From Cupriavidus necator (GTDB taxonomy: Bacteria; Pseudomonadota; Gammaproteobacteria; Burkholderiales; Burkholderiaceae): 32,000 bases of DNA. The position numbers were made by a program, and so were the translations under genes. This document shows, piece by piece, positions 26,317-32,000 of this stretch (within the stretch, counting starts at the first letter, position 1; the number at the start of each line of letters is the position of its first letter). The notes under the pieces were generated by a model. That model saw only the letters and a program-made list of their open reading frames with translations. It did no database searches and was not told where the DNA came from. The stretch is taken from positions 1,530,001 to 1,562,000 of the forward strand of contig NZ_CP066019.1 of assembly GCF_016127575.1 (NCBI RefSeq). The letters are read 5' to 3'.

Positions 26317-27176
26317 ACCAGCATCAGGCCACGCCGGGAACACTGCCATCGGACGAGGCCTCCCGGCATTTCACGCCGCTGATCCAGCCAGACCTTGCCG
26401 GTCTTTACAGCCGCCGCGCCGCACGCCTGCGCGCGTTGGCCGAAGGGCACGACCTTGCCGATTACCTGCGCCTGGCCGCCCGCGTGGCCGAGGTGCAGGC
26501 ATCGCTTGTGGCCGAGGCCGATGTGTCCGGCCCGGCAGACGCCAGGGCCATCCCGCAGGAGGGGCATTGGGGCGCCCTGCTTGATCGGTTGATCGAGCGG
26601 CTCGCGCACGATGTTCCCGCCCCGGTCGCCCCGCATCTTGCGGCGCTGCGCGCCCTCCCTGCGGATGCGCGCCTTGGCGCCGCCCAGGCGCTGACCGAGG
26701 GCCGCTTTGATGCGGTGCCGGCAGCAATCGCGCCCTTCCTCTGGGCTGCGCTCTCGCTGCAATGTGCCAGCGCCGCGCGGGCGGCGCCCGTGCCCGACAG
26801 CGGCCCGGCCGAGCACGCATCCTGCCCGGTCTGCGGCACTGCCCCCGTGGCAAGCCTGATCCTGATCGGCGACCGCCAGGGCATGCGCTATCTGCATTGC
26901 GCGCTCTGCGAGAGCCAGTGGCACATGGTGCGGGCGAAATGCACCAACTGCGGCGAAGCCTCGGAGCTTGACTACCTCAGCTTCGACACCGCCGAAGCTA
27001 CGGTGCGCGCCGAAAGCTGCGGGGTGTGCCACGGTTACCTGAAGGTGATCTCACTGGAACGCGACCCGCCGGCCGAGGCCGTGGCCGATGACCTTGCCTC
27101 CCTGGCGCTGGACGATGCTGTGACGGCGGAGGGCTATCAACGGACCGGGTTTAATCCCTTTGCGCTGCCGGGATGA
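26313..27176 (+). CDS. fdhE: formate dehydrogenase accessory protein FdhE
   Basis: ATGA overlap with fdoI. The rubredoxin-like CxxC pairs characteristic of FdhE are present ([27 protein letters not shown]). Confidence 0.9.
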
Positions 27177-27217
27177 GGCGCTGCCCGACCTGTCCTGCTG
27201 ACGACCAGATTCTTCGC

Positions 27218-27804
27218 CTATCCGAACGCCCGCACGCCAGTCATCCATTCGTGAAGCACGAATCCGAACAGCACCCAGCCTGCCAGCCCGACGACCGCCA
27301 CCATCGCATCGCGCGCAGGTGTCCCGGCCGGGTAGCTGGTTCCTGCTTCCCGGTCCCGCCGGCGCGCTGACACGAAGTCCGCCACCGCCCACGCCAGGAA
27401 CGCGCCAAACAGCACCACTGCCGCGAGTGTTCCGTTGGCAAGAAGGTGCCCCAGGGCCCAGGCCTGCACGCCTGCACGCCTGCCAGCATCGGATGGCCAA
27501 GCGCAGCCTTGATGCGGTTGCGAGGCACATAGGCCGCCGCAATCAGCACAAAGGCCGGGATCGTGAGCAATGCGGCAACGTGCCGCCCCCACACCGGCGC
27601 CGTCCAGGCCATCACAGGATCCGCGCTGGCCAGGCCGTAGCCCCAGACAACCAGCGCCAGGCCGGCAATCGAAACCAGGGTGTACAAGCCTTTCCAGCGA
27701 CGGGGGCCGAGCCTGGCAATCTGCGCGGTGCGCCATGGGTCGGCAACCATGCGTACCGAGTGCGAACCCAGAAAAATGAGCAATCCCAAAACCAGTACCG
27801 TCAT
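27218..27804 (-). pseudogene. NnrU-family membrane protein gene, frameshifted by expansion of an 8-nt repeat
   Basis: The N-terminal part (frame of ORF 27241..27804: MTVLVLGLLIFLGSHSVRMVADPWR ... AALGHPMLAGVQA) and the C-terminal part (frame of ORF 27218..27736: WALGHLLANGTLAAVVLFGAFLAWAVADF ... HEWMTGVRAFG) join at 27462-27483. Removing one GCCTGCAC unit gives a continuous 192-aa reading frame. Confidence 0.75.
27462..27483. repeat. 2.75 tandem copies of the octamer GCCTGCAC (GCCTGCAC GCCTGCAC GCCTGC)
   Basis: Read directly from the sequence at 27462-27483. Confidence 0.95.
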
Positions 27805-27880
27805 GCTGCTACCCCTTTCTCTAGCGCCCGTCCCACGCCTAAGCTAGTCACAGGTCCAGCCTTGACCAGGAGGGTTTCCC

Positions 27881-28285
27881 ATGCTTCAGAACAGTGACGT
27901 CGCGGCCAGGATTCCTGCGCAAGACCTCGCGCGAGCGAGATCCTTCTACTCGAGCAAGCTCGGTCTTGAGCCAGTTGAGGAACGGCCCGGCGGCCTGCGC
28001 TACAAGTGCGGCAACAGCTACTTCGTACTTTTCGAGTCGGCTGGCTCGGCCTCTGGCAATCACACACAAATGGCCTGGGAGGTCGATGACATCCAGGCAA
28101 CCGTTAGCGAGCTGCGGCAGCTGGGAGTCGTGTTCGAAGAATACGATCTTCCCGGCCTCAAGACCATCAACGGGATCGCCGAGGTCCAGGGGAACTACCC
28201 GTCCAAGGGTGGCCTGGGCGAGAAAGGTGCCTGGTTCAGAGACAGCGAGGGCAACCTCCTTGCCATCGGGCAACCGATCAGGTGA
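27881..28285 (+). CDS. VOC (glyoxalase/bleomycin-resistance/dioxygenase) family protein
   Basis: 134-aa ORF with GGAGGG 8 nt upstream. The N-terminal pattern AARIPAQDLARARSFYSSKLGLEP and the C-terminal WFRDSEGNLLAI are typical of small VOC proteins. Confidence 0.8.
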   Translation: MLQNSDVAARIPAQDLARARSFYSSKLGLEPVEERPGGLRYKCGNSYFVLFESAGSASGNHTQMAWEVDDIQATVSELRQLGVVFEEYDLPGLKTINGIAEVQGNYPSKGGLGEKGAWFRDSEGNLLAIGQPIR

Positions 28286-28387
28286 GTCGATCGGCCTGAT
28301 TGAACTGCTCCTTCGGACCGTGCACCGCGCTGCATCACCCTGGCTTGGAAGGCTTGGTGCTCTCACGTGGGCCGCCAACATGCCATG

Positions 28388-30454
28388 TCATGGCACGCCG
28401 CCGCCCGCCCCCGCCTGCGCCGGGGCCGCCCCGTCCTCGCGCAGCCAGACAATAAACTCCGCCCCCTGCCCCACCGCGCTCTCCACGGTAATGCGGCCGC
28501 CGTAGCGCTCCACCAGCGCATAGCTGATGGAAAGCCCGAGGCCCGTCCCCATCTGCTTCTTGGTCGTGAAGAACGGATTGAACAGGTTGGGCACGTCTTC
28601 TTCCCGGATGCCGTGCCCGGTGTCGCGCACATGCAGCGTCACGCCCTGCCCGTCCCAGTCGCGCGTGCCAAGCGTGAGCGTGCCGCCTTCGGGCATGGCG
28701 TGGATGGCATTGGTCAGCAGGTTGACCACCACCTGCTGCAGCTCGCTGCGGCTGATGCGCACCTGCCGCGTGGCCAGGCAGTCCAGCTCGACCCGGATCG
28801 ACGCGCCCTTCAGCATGTGCTGGACCAGGTCGACGCAGCCAGCCGCCACCTCGCCCGCATCCAGGCGCTCCATATTGCCCGCGTAGGCCTCTGGCCGGAC
28901 AAACTGCAGCAGCCGGTTGGTCAGCAGGTGGATACGCCGCACCTGCTCGTCGATCAGCCTCAGCTCGTGCCGGACTGGCTCGGCAGCCGGGCCAAGAATC
29001 TCGCGCGCCACGTCCAGGTTGCCCTGGATGACCGCGATCGGATTGTTGATCTCATGTGCCACGCCCGCTGTAAGGTGCCCTGCGACGACGAGCTTCTCCG
29101 ACGTGATCAGCTGCTGCCGGGTGGCACGCAGCTCGGCGTTTGCGTCCTCCAGCTCGCGCGTGCGCTCGGCCACCTTGCGATCGAGCGAGTCCGCCCAGTC
29201 CCTGAGCTGGTCATTGCGCTGCCGCAGGGCCGACAGCAGCTGGTCGAACTGGCTGGCGAGCTGGCCGAGCTCGTCTTCGCTGCGCACCGGGCCCACGCGC
29301 GCATCGGCGTCGCCCGCCTTCAGCGCCTGCATGGTGCCGACCATCCGCGCCATCGGCGCGAACACGCGCCTGGCCCAGAACAAGGCCAATAACGACCCCG
29401 CCACGCCCAGCAGCAGGAACAGGCCCACCAGGACCCCAAAAGCCAGGTTCTTCACCTGGCCGATGGGCCTGGCAAGATAGCCAACATAGAGCATGCCGAT
29501 CCGCTCGCCGCGGCTGTCCACGATCGGCTCATAGGCGCTCATGTACCAGTCGCTGACCACGAACGCCAGGTCCAGCCATTTCTCGCCGCGCAGCAGCACC
29601 TTGTCGCGCACCTCGCGGGAGACCCGCGTTCCCAGGGCGCGCTCGCCATGGAACAGCCGAACGTTGGTGGCAATGCGCGTGTCGTCCAGGAACAGGGTCG
29701 CCGTGCCCTCGCTGCCACGAGGCAGCGATTCCGGCTGGTAGACCAGCGCGTTGATCGTGTCGATGAAGCCGAGGTTGTGGTTCAGCAGCGTGCCGCCATG
29801 CAGGATCGCCACCAGCGTTCCCGCCTGGTCAAATACCGGTGCGGCTGCGTGCATCACCATGCCGCGGCTTTCCTGGGTCCTGTCGGTCGGCGCTGCGTTG
29901 GCGGTGGGGCGTAGCGCCACCTGTGCGCGTCGGGCAAGCTCGCCGGAAACCGCGGCCAGTTGCGTGGCAGACCATACGTCGGTGGCGGCGTCCGTGCGGC
30001 CGGCGGCGGCGCTGGCCACCACGCGCCAGGCTGCGTAATCCGCCCCTGCCGCACCGGCAGGCGCAGCGGCAAGCAGCCGCCCTTGCGGATCGAGCAACTG
30101 CAGGAAATCGAGCCCATGCGTGCGCCGCGCGTCAGCCAGGATCCCGGGCATGGCGCCGCCGCGGCGAAGTCCGTCCACCAGCGCATATGACCTCGCCTCC
30201 TGCAGGACACGGTCGCCCACGCCGCCCACCATATGCTCGAAATACTCGTGGGCGACCAGCAGGTCGCTGTTGACCTTGTAGGCAAGCAAGGCCTGGAACG
30301 CGCGATTGCCCCACAACCCCATGATCAGCAGCAGTGCCAGCAGCGCCACCAGCAGGGGCGCGACCACGATGGATACGAGCTTGGCCCGCAGCGAGGCGCG
30401 ATAGTGGCGCAGCAGCGCAGCCGGGCTCAAGGACGCAGGCCCCACTGCAGGCAT
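28388..30454 (-). CDS. sensor histidine kinase with a large periplasmic Cache-type domain, HAMP, HisKA and HATPase domains
   Basis: 688-aa ORF. It has TM1 (IVVAPLLVALLALLLIMGLW), a ~290-aa periplasmic region (ATLFLDDTRIATNV ... WYMSAYEPI), TM2, the H-box AGVAHEINNP, an N-box NLLTNAIHAM and a G-box DTGHGI ... GTGLGLS. ATG 30454 overlaps the regulator gene by 28 nt. The alternative TTG 30430 would give a TTGA stop/start overlap. Confidence 0.9.
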   Translation of the reverse strand: MPAVGPASLSPAALLRHYRASLRAKLVSIVVAPLLVALLALLLIMGLWGNRAFQALLAYKVNSDLLVAHEYFEHMVGGVGDRVLQEARSYALVDGLRRGGAMPGILADARRTHGLDFLQLLDPQGRLLAAAPAGAAGADYAAWRVVASAAAGRTDAATDVWSATQLAAVSGELARRAQVALRPTANAAPTDRTQESRGMVMHAAAPVFDQAGTLVAILHGGTLLNHNLGFIDTINALVYQPESLPRGSEGTATLFLDDTRIATNVRLFHGERALGTRVSREVRDKVLLRGEKWLDLAFVVSDWYMSAYEPIVDSRGERIGMLYVGYLARPIGQVKNLAFGVLVGLFLLLGVAGSLLALFWARRVFAPMARMVGTMQALKAGDADARVGPVRSEDELGQLASQFDQLLSALRQRNDQLRDWADSLDRKVAERTRELEDANAELRATRQQLITSEKLVVAGHLTAGVAHEINNPIAVIQGNLDVAREILGPAAEPVRHELRLIDEQVRRIHLLTNRLLQFVRPEAYAGNMERLDAGEVAAGCVDLVQHMLKGASIRVELDCLATRQVRISRSELQQVVVNLLTNAIHAMPEGGTLTLGTRDWDGQGVTLHVRDTGHGIREEDVPNLFNPFFTTKKQMGTGLGLSISYALVERYGGRITVESAVGQGAEFIVWLREDGAAPAQAGAGGGVP

Positions 30455-31830
30455 TTGCGGTCCAGCGTGCGGCGCGAGATGCCAAGCCGGCGCGCCGCTT
30501 CCACCCGGTTGCCGCCCTCGGCCGCCAGCACCTGCAGGATGTGCCGCCGCTCCACCGACTCCAGCAGGGTGCCGTCGTCGGCCGGCATGGCTGCATCCTC
30601 GCGCTCTTCCTCCGGAAGGTTGGCTTGAGCCGGATCGGCCTGGTGCGCGAGCAGCTCGACCGGGTATTCGCCAAGGATCAGCGCCCGCTCCACCAGGTTG
30701 CGCAGTTCGCGCGCATTGCCTGGCCAGTCGTAGCCCTTGAGCACCCGGATCAATGAGGGCGACAGCGGCACCGCCGGCAGCCCGAGCTGGGCCGACAGCT
30801 GCTCCGAGAAATGCTCGGCCAGCGGCACGATGTCTTCCGGCCGCGTGCGCAACGGCGGGATGGCTACGGACACGACATCGAGTCGGTAGAACAGGTCCTG
30901 GCGGAAGCGCCCGGCGGCGACCTCGTTGGCCAGGTTGCGGTTGCAGGCCGCGACGATGCGCACATCCACGGCAATCTCGCGCTCGGTGCCGAGCGGCCGG
31001 ATGCGCCGGTCCTCGATCACCCGCAACAGCTTGGCCTGCATCGGCAGCGGCAGCTCCGAGATCTCGTCCAGGAACAGCGTGCCGCCGTCGGCATAGAGAA
31101 ACAGGCCATGGCGCCCGCCGGCCGCGCCGGTGAAGGCACCCTTGGCGTGGCCGAACAATTCGCTTTCAATGATCTCGGGCGCCATCGCGCCGCAGTTGAG
31201 CGGCACGAACTGGCCCTGCCGTCCGCTCAGGCGATGCAGCTCGCGCGCCACCACTTCCTTGCCGGTGCCGGACTCGCCCGTCACCAGTACCGTCGATGGC
31301 ATCGGTGCCACCCGTGCCACCAGCGCCATGACCTTCTTCATCGCTTCGGACTCGCCGATGAAGTGCTTGTGGATGGTGTACTTGTCCAGCTCGCGGCGCA
31401 GCAGGTAGTTCTCGCGCGTGAGCCGGGTCCGGTCGAAGCAGCGCCGGATCGCATTGAGCATCTGGTCGACCCGGAACGGCTTGACGATGAAGTCCGCGGC
31501 GCCCGAGCGCAGCGCGGCAATCGCCGTGTCCATGTCGGCGAAGGCCGTCATCAGGATCACGTCGGCGGGGTTGCCGGCCGCGCGCAGTGCCTTGAGCCAC
31601 TCCATCCCGCTGGCACCGGGCAGCGCCACATCGAGCAGGATCAGGTCGAAATGCCGTTGCTCCAGCAGCGCGGCACCCGCTTCGGCGCTGTCGGCCGTCA
31701 CCACGCTGCCCACCTTGCCTTCGAGCGCGCGCGACAGGAACGAACGCATGCCGGCCTCGTCGTCCACCACCAGGATCGTGCGACGCTGCCAGTTGTCGGC
31801 ATCGGGCGGGTTGCTTTGTCTTTCGCTCAT
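30427..31830 (-). CDS. sigma-54-dependent (NtrC/Fis-type) response regulator
   Basis: I take the start at ATG 31830 (MSERQS ...), not the upstream extension to 31968. There is a receiver domain ([13 protein letters not shown] ... [11 protein letters not shown]), an AAA+ domain with Walker A GESGTGKE and GAFTGA, and a C-terminal Fis-type HTH ([20 protein letters not shown]). Confidence 0.9.
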   Translation of the reverse strand: MSERQSNPPDADNWQRRTILVVDDEAGMRSFLSRALEGKVGSVVTADSAEAGAALLEQRHFDLILLDVALPGASGMEWLKALRAAGNPADVILMTAFADMDTAIAALRSGAADFIVKPFRVDQMLNAIRRCFDRTRLTRENYLLRRELDKYTIHKHFIGESEAMKKVMALVARVAPMPSTVLVTGESGTGKEVVARELHRLSGRQGQFVPLNCGAMAPEIIESELFGHAKGAFTGAAGGRHGLFLYADGGTLFLDEISELPLPMQAKLLRVIEDRRIRPLGTEREIAVDVRIVAACNRNLANEVAAGRFRQDLFYRLDVVSVAIPPLRTRPEDIVPLAEHFSEQLSAQLGLPAVPLSPSLIRVLKGYDWPGNARELRNLVERALILGEYPVELLAHQADPAQANLPEEEREDAAMPADDGTLLESVERRHILQVLAAEGGNRVEAARRLGISRRTLDRKCLQWGLRP

Positions 31831-31920
31831 CACTTTAGTTGTTGCGGGGCAAGGGAAGAGTCTAGCGACAGTCGGCCACCCGGCTGTATTGGGAATTAAA
31901 CCGAGCCGGCCGCCGCACAT

Positions 31921-31963
31921 GGACATTTTGGCCCGGGCAACGGGCCTCCGTCCGGACATTTTG
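31921..31963. repeat. two copies of GGACATTTTG, 33 bp apart, upstream of the response-regulator gene; the second forms the dyad GGAC-N5-GTCC
   Basis: Read directly: 31921-31930 and 31954-31963. They lie 91-133 nt upstream of ATG 31830. Confidence 0.4.
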
Positions 31964-32000
31964 TCCAAGGCTGCGCCCCGGCGCGCGGGGCCGCGCGACG

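Noticed and set aside
20700-28400. Possibility that the fdoGHI-fdhE block is a horizontally acquired island, given its flanking by an orphan ORF, a long non-coding region and a pseudogene.
   Set aside because: I saw no flanking direct repeats, integrase or transposase genes, or a tRNA. Codon bias looks broadly similar to the neighbouring genes by eye. Compositional statistics and comparative genomics would be needed to test this.

Overview
High-GC chromosomal segment of betaproteobacterial (Burkholderiales, Cupriavidus/Ralstonia/Bordetella-like) character. That placement is inferred from four Bug/TctC-type solute-binding paralogues and from the codon bias. I call 26 protein-coding genes and 1 pseudogene. 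Layout from left to right: (i) the 3' part of a zinc-type alcohol dehydrogenase and a phosphoribosyltransferase/alpha-beta-hydrolase fusion. (ii) A compact minus-strand operon: Bug binding protein, enoyl-CoA hydratase, ADP-forming acyl-CoA synthetase, alpha/beta hydrolase, MmgE/PrpD-family protein, followed by an IclR regulator. (iii) A second minus-strand cluster: Bug, MmgE/PrpD, carboxymuconolactone-decarboxylase-family protein, SDR and SMP-30/gluconolactonase, with a divergent LysR regulator and a clean intrinsic terminator. (iv) A family III CoA-transferase, a Bug protein and a separately promoted alpha/beta hydrolase. (v) A lone Bug gene and a small membrane ORF. (vi) A membrane-bound formate dehydrogenase operon, fdoG-fdoH-fdoI-fdhE, with cysteine at the position of the E. 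coli selenocysteine. (vii) An NnrU-family gene broken by an 8-nt repeat expansion. (viii) A VOC/glyoxalase-family gene. (ix) A Cache-domain histidine kinase with a sigma-54-dependent (NtrC-type) response regulator. I found no rRNA, tRNA, CRISPR array, transposase, integrase or recognisable defence genes. I cannot point to a clear-cut new system. The observations most worth a second look are the two uncharacterised Bug + MmgE/PrpD catabolic clusters, a 37-nt composite motif shared by two promoter regions, the slippage-inactivated nnrU, an alpha/beta hydrolase with alanine at the nucleophile position, and the long structured region upstream of fdoG. All product calls rest on motif recognition by eye, not on database searches.
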